A stretch of DNA of 63,842 nucleotides, filler included, from Deltaproteobacteria bacterium (lineage in GTDB: Bacteria; JAUYMQ01): assembly GCA_030698575.1 (NCBI GenBank). It is 9 parts of 9 records of this genome, joined end to end, with 100 filler letters (N's around TTAATTAATTAA, not from the genome) between each part and the next. Parts side by side here need not be neighbours in the genome. Positions count along the whole stretch, not along the records: positions 42,531 to 50,885 come from JAUYMQ010000043.1; positions 50,986 to 57,863 come from JAUYMQ010000044.1; positions 57,964 to 61,206 come from JAUYMQ010000082.1; 6 more parts are not named here. The stretch is one strand, 5' to 3'. A program made the translations under genes and the position numbers. Of the stretch, positions 48,114 to 58,027 are shown piece by piece; positions within the stretch are counted from its first letter, which is position 1, and each line of letters starts with the position of its first letter. The notes below the pieces were generated by a model, which did no database searches, was not told the DNA's origin, and worked only from the letters and a program-made list of their open reading frames with translations.

Positions 48114-48270
48114 TGTCCAGGCGAATTTCCAATCGAGCAGCGATAGGAAGTTCGAATCCCCCCTGCCAGACTTTCCTGGCGGGGAGGGCCGGCGCACAGT
48201 CGCCTTCGGAGCAAGCCGGCAGTTTCGCTCTCCTTCGTACAAGAACGGGAATAGCAATTCGCCACCCACA
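48114..48270 (-). mobile_element. 157-bp diverged MITE-like derivative of family A
   Basis: Ends TGTCCAGGCGAATT / TGTGGGTGGCGAATT; retains the GFELPIAA tail. Confidence 0.7.
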
Positions 48271-48334
48271 CCTCGTTTCGCGCCTTTCATCGGTCTCCCT
48301 TCTCCCGCCTCCCGCGACAGCGCGAAGCACGCCG

Positions 48335-48847
48335 CTAATGCCGCGCGTACACCCACACCGATCCGTCCTTCTGGAAAGCGACAACGTCATAGGGCTCTAT
48401 CGGGGCACCTGGCATCGCCATGCCGGGAGTGCTCAGAGGCATGCCAGGCACCGCAAGCCCGGCCACGTTCGGCCGTTCCGCTAGCAGCCGTTTCAAGTCC
48501 TCCGCCGGAACATGACCTTCGATGAGGTACTCCCCGACCTGAGCCGTGTGACAGGACCGCATAGCCTTTGGAACTCCCAACCGGTCTTTGATTCTTTCCA
48601 TGTCCGCTTCCTGGTAGACGATGGTAGGCACCCCCTGATCGTGGAGGTGCTCGACCCATCTGGCGCAGCACCTGCAGGTGGGCGAATCGTAAACCACCAC
48701 GATTGGAACGGGTGGCGATGAGGTCCGCCCCCAGATCCAGTACCAGGCCGCGCCGAGCACAACGAGACCGATCATGACTCCGACCAGGGCACGGCGAGTT
48801 CGCATCGTTCGCGTCGCCGGGCTCTGAGTAGAATTTCCATGTTTCAT
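48335..48847 (-). CDS. DUF411 metal-binding protein
   Basis: SPTCRCCARWVEHL, SCHTA, IEGHVP and GLAVPGMP motifs. Confidence 0.9.
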   Translation of the reverse strand: MKHGNSTQSPATRTMRTRRALVGVMIGLVVLGAAWYWIWGRTSSPPVPIVVVYDSPTCRCCARWVEHLHDQGVPTIVYQEADMERIKDRLGVPKAMRSCHTAQVGEYLIEGHVPAEDLKRLLAERPNVAGLAVPGMPLSTPGMAMPGAPIEPYDVVAFQKDGSVWVYARH

Positions 48848-48857
48848 TAAGAAGACC

Positions 48858-49212
48858 TGTCCATGGCGAATTACTAATTACGCCGCTATCGGGAGCTCAT
48901 ATAGCCCTCGGCAATGAGCTCGCCATCGGAATCGTTGGGGATTGGCCCGCCGGCGAGCTCGTACTCCGTCGGCTTCCTCAGGCGTATCGCCCCCGAGCGA
49001 CGCGTGTACACGATCCTCGTTATAGTACTCCTTGAACTCGCCCAGCTTCCTCTCTAAATCCCTGGCATTCCAAAATAAGGTGTGGTCCAGGAACTCCCGG
49101 CGCGTGGTCCCGATCACCCGTTCAATGAAGGGATGCGATAGCGGGACGTAGGCTACCGACTTGATCTCGACTACCCCCAGCACCCGTAGGTTTGCTTGCC
49201 ATCGTCGATACT
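48858..49212 (-). mobile_element. 3' part of family A IS481-like element (transposase C-terminus + right TIR), interrupted by IS21
   Basis: PLSHPFIERVIGTTRREFLD..YYNEDRVHASL..CRGLYELPIAA*; end TGTCCATGGCGAATT at 48858. Confidence 0.85.
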
Positions 49213-49318
49213 TGTCACCGAACACTTAAAAGCGGCCACCGGGGAACACTTCAAACCCGGCCACTCGAGGTCGCGGCGCGTCAGTATCGTGCAGCTCCTT
49301 GCATCTGGTCAAGCCTCA

Positions 49319-50086
49319 TCATGCGGACGGCCTGGAGTCGGGGCCGTGTGCGGCGCTGCGGGCCCGCTGGTGAAGCCGATAGCTCTTGCCCTGCATCTGG
49401 ATGAGCTCGGCGTGGGCGAGGAAGCGATCGAGGATCGCGGTGGCCGCGGGGACGTCGCCGAGGAACTGGCCCCAGTCCTCCGTGGGCCGGTTCGTGGTGA
49501 TGAGGGTGGAGGCCGACTCGTGGCGGCGGACGAAGATCTCCAGCAGATCCTCGGCCGCGCTGGGGCCGAGCTTCTTCATGCCGAAGTCCTCCAGCACGAG
49601 GAGATCCACGCGGGTGAGCGCGTCGACCAGGGCGCGCCTTTCGCCTGAGGCCTCGGCTTCGAGGAAGTCCTGGGCGAGGTCGAAGACGCTGCGGAGGCGG
49701 GCCCGGTAGCCGGCACGGATCGCGCCCACGGCGATGGCCACGGCGGCGTGCGTCTTGCCGATGCCGGGTGGGCCGATGAGCAGCACGCCCTGGTGGGAGG
49801 CGACGAAGCGAGCGGTGGCCAGCTCGACCAGCCTGGCCCGGGGGATCTTCGTATTGAAGGTGAAGTCGAAGTCCGAGAGTTCCTTGACCTGCACGATGCC
49901 GGCCTGCTTGAGACGGCGGGCGAAGAGGCGGTCGGCGCGGCGCGCGAGTTCGTCGCCCACGAGCAGTTCGAGGAATTCGAGATGAGCCAGGGGACTGCTC
50001 CGGGCCTGCTCGAGGCGCACGGGCAGGGCCTCGGCCATCCCGGAGAGGCGAAGGTGGCGAAGCTGGGTTGCGAGCTGGGGGTTCAT
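49319..50086 (-). CDS. istB: IS21 helper ATPase IstB
   Basis: LRLSGM, GPPGIGKTH, LVLEDFG, ITTNRP, AILDRF and GKSYR motifs. Confidence 0.95.
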   Translation of the reverse strand: MNPQLATQLRHLRLSGMAEALPVRLEQARSSPLAHLEFLELLVGDELARRADRLFARRLKQAGIVQVKELSDFDFTFNTKIPRARLVELATARFVASHQGVLLIGPPGIGKTHAAVAIAVGAIRAGYRARLRSVFDLAQDFLEAEASGERRALVDALTRVDLLVLEDFGMKKLGPSAAEDLLEIFVRRHESASTLITTNRPTEDWGQFLGDVPAATAILDRFLAHAELIQMQGKSYRLHQRARSAAHGPDSRPSA

Positions 50087-50885
50087 AGGAACTCCTTGAG
50101 TGAGTACTGCGTTATGGGACGGATGGAGGGGTGCTCTTCGAGGAGAGACCGCTGGGCGGGGCCGGGGGCCTGCTCGGCGAGGCGGCGCAGCGCCTTGAGG
50201 CGGAACTGGCGATGCTCGAGGGCCAGGCGGGCTGCCCGAAGCACTCGCTCTCGGGGATGCTTGCGGGTCAGCGCGAGGGCGCCCTGGATGAGGCGCATCG
50301 CCCGGACCCCGCGCTCGGCGTGAGCCTGTTCGGCCCACTGCCGCAGTTCTGCGCCCACCTGCTCGCAGCGACCCAGCAGGCGTGCAAGCCAGACCTTCTG
50401 AGACGACGTCTCGGGCGAAGGACCCCCGGGCCTGGGAGCGTACTGGCCTGCGGCGACGCGCGTGTGGACGGCGACCTGGCACTCGCCGTCGTAGACCCGC
50501 ACGAGCCTTCGATACCAGCGCACCCGCACGAGCCTGCCGAGCAGGTGAGGCGGCACGGGGTAGAACGCGCCGCGGACTTCGACGTGGCCGTCCGGGTGAA
50601 CGCTGCGTGTGCCGGACTCGAAGAAGTCGAACGCCTCGCTCGGGATCGGAGACAGGGCCGGCTTGTCGGTCGCGAGGAAGTGAGCGAACACCTGCCGGCG
50701 CGTCGTGCCGTGAATTCGCAGCCGCGCGATCGTGCGGTTCCAGTGCCGAAGGAACTCGTTGTGCTCGGCGAGACTACCAAAGCGCCGGCCCTTCAGGGCG
50801 TTGCCCTTGACGTAGCCGCCGCTGCGCTCCTGCTTGCCGTTCTCCTTCGGGTTGCGGGGGCGGGTGGGAAGCGGCGTGAAGCCCC
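50083..50885 (-). CDS. istA: IS21 transposase IstA, 5'-truncated
   Basis: PRNPKENGKQER..YVK, RIHGTT and VHPDGHVEV..YPVP motifs. Confidence 0.9.
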
Positions 50886-50985
50886 NNNNNNNNNNNNNNN
50901 NNNNNNNNNNNNNNNNNNNNNNNNNNNNNTTAATTAATTAANNNNNNNNNNNNNNNNNNNNNNNNNNNNNNNNNNNNNNNNNNNN

Positions 50986-52181
50986 CGAAGGGGTTGATCC
51001 AGGGCTCGGTGGTAGTACTGCGCAACGCGGACGCGGCGATCCTGGCCGAGGCGGGGGGGCGGCAGTTCCATAAGGGCCGCTACGCTCGCTACTCCGACTA
51101 CAACCGCGCCACGGGCTCGCTGCGGCAGCCGGGCTCGGCATGGAAGCCGCTGGTGTACCTGGCCGCGTTTCGCCAGGACATGAATCTCGACAGCATGGTG
51201 CCAGACGAGCCCATCGGGATCCCCGCGGAGACCGATCGCCGGCTGAAGTGGATCGCCAACTACGACAACAAGTTCAAGGGACCAATCACCCTGCGCGACG
51301 CCCTGGCGCAGTCACGCAACGTGCCGACGGTCAAACTGGCCGAGCGCGTCGGCATCTCGAATGTAATCCTTACCGCTCACCGGCTGGGCATCACTTCGCC
51401 GCTTGCCAAGAACCTCTCGCTCGCGCTGGGAGCCGGGGAGGTGTCGCTCTTCGAGCTCGCCAGCGCTTACGCCGTCTTCGCGAGCGAGGGCAAGAGAATC
51501 CGCCCGGTCTTCGTCCGGAAGATCCTCGATCGCCACGGGCAGATCATCGGGGTGAACAAGCGCGTGCCCGACCCGAACGAGGGGGCCGAGCCGAAGGTGA
51601 AGAGCACCTACGAGGACAAGCTGGAACTCCGCCGCGCGGCCGTCGGGCCCGAAGACTTCCCTCCGGGCAACGTGATGAGCCGGTCGACGGCCTATCAGAT
51701 CACCGATCTGCTGCAGGGCGTCGTGCGCTACGGCACCGGACGGAGCGTCCAGGCGCTCGGGCGCCCGGCGGCCGGCAAGACCGGCACGACCAACGATCTG
51801 CGCGATGCCTGGTTCATCGGGTTTACGCCGCAGCTAGTGGCCGGCGCCTGGGTTGGCTTTGATGAGGAGCAGCCGATCGGCCACAAGGAAACCGGCGGCC
51901 GTGCGGCGGCGCCGATCTGGCTCTACTTCATGGAGAAGGCGCTGGAGGGGAAGCCCGTTCTCGACTTCCAGGTGCCGGATACCATCACCTTCGCCCGCGT
52001 CGATTCCCACACGGGGCGCCCGGCCGGTGAGGACGAGAGGGGAAACACGATCTTCGAGGCCTTCAAGCAGGGCCACGAGCCGCCGGTGCGGCGAAACGAC
52101 GAGGGTTCCGAGGGCGCCTCCTACACTGCCGGCCCCCTGCGGCCGCCTCCCGTCGATTTCTTCCGCCGCGACTATCAGTAG
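50986..52181 (+). CDS. Class A penicillin-binding protein (PBP1A-like), transpeptidase part, 5'-truncated
   Basis: RQPGSAWKP (SxxK), SRN, AGKTGTTND and DAWFIGF motifs. Confidence 0.9.
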
Positions 52182-52201
52182 GCTCAGCTCCCCTTCTCTC
52201 C

Positions 52202-53032
52202 CTACCCATCTCCTGCGCGGCGGATGCCCGGCGGCCATAGCCGGAAACCGCCGGGCTTGTAATCCTTCGGAAGGTAGTCGTCCGGAATCTGCGCGCGATG
52301 GCCGGCATGTTCTCGGGCTTCTTCGTCCAGGCATTCAGCTCGTAGCGGACGTAATAGTCCTCGAGGGCCGTCTGCAAAACGAAGGGACGGGGCTCGGGCT
52401 CGAGGTCCGGCGCTTCGAGCGCCGCCGCCACGAGCAGAGCATGCACCTTCCGCCACGGAACGTCGTACCCGATTGTCACCGCGGTGTGCAGAACCACGCC
52501 ATCCCGTCTCGCGGGCGCGCTGTAGTTGATCATGGGATTTCCCATCACCATCGCATTCGGGATGGTGATCTCCACGTTCTTCACGGTTCGAAGCCGCGTC
52601 ACGAAGGTCGTCTTCTCGATCACGTCCCCGGTCGCATCGGCAATCTTCACACGGTCACCGACGTCAAAAGCGCGCATGTAAGTCAGCACGATCCCCGAGA
52701 TGGCGTTCGCGACGGCGCCCGTGGAGCCAAGCGACAGCAGGACGCCGAGAAAGACCGACACGGCCCGGAAGGCGGGGGAATCGTGCCCGGGAAGCTCACC
52801 TTCCCTTCATCGATGCCGTCGAAAACCAGCCGTGTGGCCCGAACCGCGTAATTCGCCAGGAGGCTACCCGCCACTCGAGGCGCCGCACCAGCTTGCGCAG
52901 AAGCCGCAACAGAACCAGGCCGAAGAGCGCTGCCAGGATGATGGCGACCAGGACAGCAAGGAAGCCGTTCGAATCGGTGAAAGTGATCACCGCCCGCCGA
53001 ATCTCCGACCAGCGTCCGAGCAGGCGCTCCAT
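52202..53032 (-). pseudogene. MscS-family mechanosensitive channel with three internal deletions
   Basis: Core SPAFRAVSVFLGVLLSLGS..VGDRVKI..IPN..IGYDVPW intact; frame jumps at 52854-52862, 52786-52794 and 52297-52303. Confidence 0.85.
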
Positions 53033-53211
53033 GAACTCAACGACGGCAACCCTCCACCTCCCCCACCCCGCGCGAGTCTATCACCCCGGAACCCCTGGGG
53101 GGAGTCCGGGGCCGTTCGCTCGGGGATCCCGGGGGTCACTGTTGCCCGACAATCGCTTCAGGAAATCGCCATTGCGGAGTAGAATGGCGCGGGATTCCAA
53201 GGGAGGCCTCA

Positions 53212-53604
53212 ATGGCGGGAGGAAAGAGAGCGGTGCCGAGCGGCCAGTCACTCGAGGACGAGGTCGCCGGCCTCGGAAGGAAGCTCGGGCTGAACGTCCA
53301 GCGGCAGGTGAAGGTTGGGCGGCGGCTCTGGGGAGCGGAGCGCCGGATCGATCTGGTGCTGACTTACCGGGAAAGCCGTCGCAGCATCGGTATCGAGTGC
53401 AAGGCCCAGGCTGCGCGGGGAACCGCGGAGGAGAAGATTCCGGCGATCATTTCAGACATCGACGCCTGGCCCATCAAGGGGCTCGTCGTATTCGCCGGCG
53501 AGGGGTTCTCGGGCAACATGCAGAACTATCTGTTTTCGACCGGAAAGGCCGTCGCCTTCGAAGATCTGGAAGCCTGGCTCAGGCTTTACTTCGGGCTCGA
53601 CTAG
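53212..53604 (+). CDS. Small PD-(D/E)XK nuclease
   Basis: SGQSLE..RIDLVL..IECKAQ..GTAEEKIP; GGAGG RBS. Confidence 0.8.
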   Translation: MAGGKRAVPSGQSLEDEVAGLGRKLGLNVQRQVKVGRRLWGAERRIDLVLTYRESRRSIGIECKAQAARGTAEEKIPAIISDIDAWPIKGLVVFAGEGFSGNMQNYLFSTGKAVAFEDLEAWLRLYFGLD

Positions 53605-53640
53605 TAACCCGCTGCGTGGTCGTTTTGATTTCTGCCGGCG

Positions 53641-54489
53641 TCAGGCGGGCGGTGCAGGAATGCGCGAGAGCGAGCTGACGAGCAGTTCGAAGATGGGACC
53701 CCGCCTGTCAGGGCGCGAATTGATGAGCCGGTTGACCTTGACTGCCTCGAGGGGGAGCCCCTCGTAGAGCCCCCGGGTGAACCGGACGTCGGAGTTCGAA
53801 AGCAGCGCGTAAACCTTCTTCTTCCGCAGCCGCCGGAGCGTCCTTGCCAGGCGATCCTGCTCCGCGGGGCCGAAGGGCAACCGGTCGTAGGCGGTGAAGC
53901 TCGACGTCGTCGAGACGGGGACGTAGGGGGGATCGAAGTAAACCACGTCTCCCGGTTCCGCCTTTTCAACGAACGCTTCGAAATCACCCACCCTTATCTG
54001 CACGCCCTGCATGACCCGCGAGGCCGCCCTCAGATTGTCCCGATCAAGAATACGGGGGTTCTTGTAGCGCCCGAAAGGGACGTTGAAGCGCCCCGTTCGA
54101 TTGACGCGGTACAGGCCGTTGTAGCCCGTGCGGTTCAGGTAGATGAGCCGCGCCGTCCGCGCGGCCAGGCCCAGCCGCGCAGGGTCCTGCGCGCGGACGC
54201 CGTAATAGGTGTCGCTGTCGTGCGGTTTACGGGAGAGACGGGCAAGCCGGGAGATTACGCCTTCGACGTCGTCGCGAACGCCCAGATAGGCATCGACCAG
54301 TTCGCGATTCTGATCGCCGATGATCGCCCGCCGGAAGGCGCCGCGGGCTGCCAGGGCGAAAAAGACGGCACCGCCGCCGAGGAAGGGCTCATAATAGGTG
54401 ACGCAGCGCTCGGGCAGGCGAGACAGGATTTCGGGGAGAAGCTGTCGCTTGCCCCCCGCCCATTTGAGAAACGGCACTGCTTCTTTCAC
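53641..54489 (-). CDS. dam: Dam/DpnM-like DNA adenine methyltransferase
   Basis: FLKWAGGKRQL, EPFLGGG, YNGLYRVN..FNVPFG, YFDPPY and LSNSD motifs. Confidence 0.9.
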   Translation of the reverse strand: MKEAVPFLKWAGGKRQLLPEILSRLPERCVTYYEPFLGGGAVFFALAARGAFRRAIIGDQNRELVDAYLGVRDDVEGVISRLARLSRKPHDSDTYYGVRAQDPARLGLAARTARLIYLNRTGYNGLYRVNRTGRFNVPFGRYKNPRILDRDNLRAASRVMQGVQIRVGDFEAFVEKAEPGDVVYFDPPYVPVSTTSSFTAYDRLPFGPAEQDRLARTLRRLRKKKVYALLSNSDVRFTRGLYEGLPLEAVKVNRLINSRPDRRGPIFELLVSSLSRIPAPPA

Positions 54490-54574
54490 GAAACCCTCAG
54501 AAGAATTTACGCGCGTCGTCGCAAGGGAACCTTATCACGGGCGGGTGACAGCTCATACAAGATTATGGGCAAGA

Positions 54575-55570
54575 TTATGGCGCTTGCTCCACTTTCGGTC
54601 GCGCGCCTTCCTTCGGCGAACGGCCCTCCGGCGGCTTGATGTCGCTGGCGGCCAGCCGGTCGATCAACTGATCGAACATCGCCTTGCGTTTCCGGGCCCG
54701 GTCGGGGCGATCGAAGTAGGTGACCTGCAACGCGCCGACCGGGTAGTGGATGACGGCGCCCGTGACCATGACCCGCTCGTCGACGGCCTGCTGGTAGGCG
54801 GTGACCAGGCGCCCGCCGGCCCGGGTATCCACGCCGCTCGTGCGAATTCGCTCCGCCCCCCGGCTGCGCGCCACCTGATCGAGCCCCTCGAGTAGCAGCT
54901 CAAGCGTCTGATCGAACCCCGCCGGGCGATACTCGTAGCGAATCATGCCGGGCGCCCCCTCGGAGGGGTCGTCGGGAGCCGACGCCCGCCCCGTCAGGCC
55001 GGCGTCGTCCAGCATCTCGGGCGACCAGTTCGCCGGAGCGATAATCCCCGCCGGCGCACCCGGCAGGGGAAAGAAAGTGTCTGTCCTGTCCACGGTCGTC
55101 CCAGCGGCGATGCGCGCGGCCACCTCGCGGGCAGGCGCCGGGTCCTCGCCATTCGCCAAAACCGCGACGGGGATCATCCTCGTTCCCTTCCAGACGAACA
55201 CCGTGGCCTGAACCAGATGCGCCTTGCCCTGTGTCGCCACGCCCCAGATCTCCGCCGCCGCGTAGCCATCCATCGGAAAGGTGCGCCCTTCCATCTCGCC
55301 CGCCTTCGCATCCTCGGGAAAGACGGCCAGAGCGAGCGGCTTCAGTGCGTCGATATTCGGCGAGAGGATCAGATCGGCGTCGAAGACGGCGGCGTCGCGG
55401 AATTTCGAGCCTTCGGGGGGACTGAAGGCTTGATCGCCTCCTTCCGATTCGATTCGCGTCCAGCCCTCGGGCGGCTTCACCTCCAGCTGCGCGGGAGCCG
55501 GGGTCGCCGCAAGAAGGGCCAGGGCCGCCCCAAGCAGCGCCGCAGCGGCCCTCTGTCCTGCGCGCATCAT
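54575..55570 (-). CDS. Exported hypothetical protein
   Basis: Ala-rich signal peptide; two loosely similar halves (P.GW / P.NW). Confidence 0.7.
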   Translation of the reverse strand: MMRAGQRAAAALLGAALALLAATPAPAQLEVKPPEGWTRIESEGGDQAFSPPEGSKFRDAAVFDADLILSPNIDALKPLALAVFPEDAKAGEMEGRTFPMDGYAAAEIWGVATQGKAHLVQATVFVWKGTRMIPVAVLANGEDPAPAREVAARIAAGTTVDRTDTFFPLPGAPAGIIAPANWSPEMLDDAGLTGRASAPDDPSEGAPGMIRYEYRPAGFDQTLELLLEGLDQVARSRGAERIRTSGVDTRAGGRLVTAYQQAVDERVMVTGAVIHYPVGALQVTYFDRPDRARKRKAMFDQLIDRLAASDIKPPEGRSPKEGARPKVEQAP

Positions 55571-55682
55571 TTAAACTCCTGTCCTGGCCTGCTACACCTG
55601 CGACTTCGCCGGGATGCGCGGGTTTACACCCCCCCGCTGATGCAGTAGCTTAGCCTCATCTCTCGGCGCCAGAAAGGGCATT

Positions 55683-56693
55683 ATGCGATCCGCTGAGTCC
55701 CTCCCCGGCCTTCCGCTCCTCGACACCTTCGCGCGCAAGCACGATTACCTTCGAATTTCGATCACCGACCGCTGCAATCTCCGCTGCCAGTATTGCATGC
55801 CCGAAGAGATGGTCTGGATGGAGCGCGCCGATATCCTGAGCTTCGAGGAGATCCTCCGCTTCACCCGCGTGGCGGTGTCGGTGGGAGTGACCAAGGCGCG
55901 GATCACGGGCGGCGAGCCGCTTCTTCGCAAGGACGTCGTGAGCCTCGTCGAACGGCTGGCGGCCATCGAAGGGATCGAGGATCTCTCCCTCACCACGAAC
56001 GGCGTCCTGCTCCGCAAACTCGCCGAGCCGCTTTACAAAGCCGGGCTTCGCCGCGTGAACATCTCGCTCGATTCGCTCCGGCCCGACCGGTACCACGAGC
56101 TCACACGGCGCGATCAGCTGCCCCAGGTGCTCGACGGCATCGAGGCGGCGGCCGACGCGGGTTTCTCTCCGATCAAGATCAACGCGGTGATGATGAAAGA
56201 CGTGAACGTCGACGAGGCGATCGAGTTCGCCCTTCTTTCGCGCACCCGCCCCTTTCACGTGCGATTTCTGGAGTACATGCCGCTCGACGGCCAGGAGCTC
56301 TGGAAGCATGAAGACGTGGTCACCGGCGCCCAGATTCTTGCGCGAATTCGCGAGACCGGCGATGTGGTGGCTGTCGAGAGCGACGATCTTTCCGAGGTGG
56401 CGCGGCGCTGGCGGTTCGAGGACGGCGAGGGCGAGATCGGTTTCATCAATCCCGTGAGCGAGCCCTTCTGCGGCGCCTGCTCGCGAATCCGGCTCACGGC
56501 GGACGGCATGATCAAGAACTGCCTGCTCGGGAACGACGAGTTCAATGTGAAGCGCTTGATGCGCACGGGCGGCGACGACGAGGAGATCGCCAGCCTCATC
56601 CGCCTGGCAGTCCAGATGAAAGCCGAGCATCACGGCATCAACAGGCCGGGTTTCGAGAAGCTCGTCCGTAACATGAGCCGCGTCGGCGGTTGA
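55683..56693 (+). CDS. moaA: GTP 3',8-cyclase
   Basis: YLRISITDRCNLRCQYCMP, TGGEP, FCGACSRIRL..C and a C-terminal GG. Confidence 0.97.
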   Translation: MRSAESLPGLPLLDTFARKHDYLRISITDRCNLRCQYCMPEEMVWMERADILSFEEILRFTRVAVSVGVTKARITGGEPLLRKDVVSLVERLAAIEGIEDLSLTTNGVLLRKLAEPLYKAGLRRVNISLDSLRPDRYHELTRRDQLPQVLDGIEAAADAGFSPIKINAVMMKDVNVDEAIEFALLSRTRPFHVRFLEYMPLDGQELWKHEDVVTGAQILARIRETGDVVAVESDDLSEVARRWRFEDGEGEIGFINPVSEPFCGACSRIRLTADGMIKNCLLGNDEFNVKRLMRTGGDDEEIASLIRLAVQMKAEHHGINRPGFEKLVRNMSRVGG

Positions 56694-56719
56694 CGATGAC
56701 CGCGCTTGCGCGGGACATC

Positions 56720-56755
56720 GTCATTGCGAGGAGCGTAGCGACGAAGCAATCCCCC
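56720..56755 (+). repeat. GTCATTGCGAG REP-like element
   Basis: Same family as 19976 and 28154; between convergent moaA and ychF. Confidence 0.85.
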
Positions 56756-56763
56756 GGCCGCGG

Positions 56764-57795
56764 TCACACATTGAACCGGAAATGGGCGATGTCGCCGTCC
56801 TGTATCACGTACTCCTTTCCCTCGAGCCTGAGCCTCCCCGCCTTCTTGGCGCCCGCCATCGATGATCCGCCTGCCACGAAGTCGTCGTAAGCGGCGACCT
56901 CGGCGCGGATGAAGCCCCGCTCTATGTCCGAGTGCACCTTGCCGCCCGCCTTCTGGGCGGTCGTCCCCCGCGTGATGGTCCAGGCGCGCACCTCGTCCTC
57001 GCCAACGGTGAGGAACGAAATAAGATTGAGGTGTTCGTAGACGGCGCGCACAAGGCGATCCTGCGCCGCCTCGGCAAGCCCCATCTCCTTCAGAAAATCG
57101 CCGCGCTCCTCCGGGGGGAGCGTCGAGATCTCCTGCTCGAGAGCCGCACAGAGCGGGATCACCGGCATCGAGAGCTTGCCTGCCGATTCCTCCGTGCGAG
57201 GAAAGGCCTTCCCCGGATCCCCTTCACGGGTGTTGACCACGACGAGCGTGGGCTTCTGGGTCAGGAACTGGTAGCCCGAAAGCGCGCGAAGCTCGTCGCG
57301 ATCAAAGGCCTCGCCCCGGAGCGGCTTCTCCTCGGAGAGCGTGGCCAGCGCTTTCTCGATGACGCGCCGGTCGGCCTCGGTCGTCTTCTCTTTCTTGAGC
57401 CGTTCCACTCGCTTCTCGGCGATTGCGAGATCGGAGAGCACCAGCTCGACGATCATGTCGTCGAGAGCCCTGCGGGCCCGATCGTCCCGGGCCGCGTCGT
57501 CCTCTCCCTCACGTCCGTCCACGACGATCACGAGTGCATCCATGGCCTTCATCGCGGCGATCACCTGGGCATCGAACGCCTTTCCGCCGTGAGAAGCGGC
57601 GAGAAGGTCACTGAACGTGATCTCCGCGAAGGTCGTTTTTTTCGGCTTGAAGATTTCGGTCAGGTGCGCCACTCGCGCATCGGGGACCTTCACGACCCCC
57701 ACGTCGGCGGCCGGTGCATCGGCGCCAAAGCCCGTGAGCGCCCGAAAAAGCGTGGTCTTGCCGGAAAACGGAAGTCCGATGAGGCCGACCTTCAT
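56764..57795 (-). CDS. ychF: YchF/Obg-family ATPase
   Basis: GLPFSGKTT, VPDARV, SFLTVGEDEVRAW, HSDIERGFIRAEV and EGKEY motifs. Confidence 0.92.
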   Translation of the reverse strand: MKVGLIGLPFSGKTTLFRALTGFGADAPAADVGVVKVPDARVAHLTEIFKPKKTTFAEITFSDLLAASHGGKAFDAQVIAAMKAMDALVIVVDGREGEDDAARDDRARRALDDMIVELVLSDLAIAEKRVERLKKEKTTEADRRVIEKALATLSEEKPLRGEAFDRDELRALSGYQFLTQKPTLVVVNTREGDPGKAFPRTEESAGKLSMPVIPLCAALEQEISTLPPEERGDFLKEMGLAEAAQDRLVRAVYEHLNLISFLTVGEDEVRAWTITRGTTAQKAGGKVHSDIERGFIRAEVAAYDDFVAGGSSMAGAKKAGRLRLEGKEYVIQDGDIAHFRFNV

Positions 57796-58027
57796 GCGCG
57801 GTATTCCTGTCTGTGGGGATAGAGTGCCCGCCCCCCGCGGGCGCCGGGACGCTAACGTGATTTNNNNNNNNNNNNNNNNNNNNNNNNNNNNNNNNNNNNN
57901 NNNNNNNTTAATTAATTAANNNNNNNNNNNNNNNNNNNNNNNNNNNNNNNNNNNNNNNNNNNNGGAACGCAGCCGGACGCTGCGGCGGTCAGGACAGCCA
58001 GGGCCAGGAGTGCGCGCGGGATGTTTT

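Larger units (their letters stand above)
49213..50885 (-). mobile_element. IS21-family element, left part missing
   Basis: TGTCA terminus with two GAACACTT..CGGCCAC repeats; istA-istB pair. Confidence 0.9.

Noticed and set aside
50986-51290. Possible chimera of two PBP genes at the contig start
   Set aside because: The frame is continuous and motifs are in order; cannot be supported without alignment.
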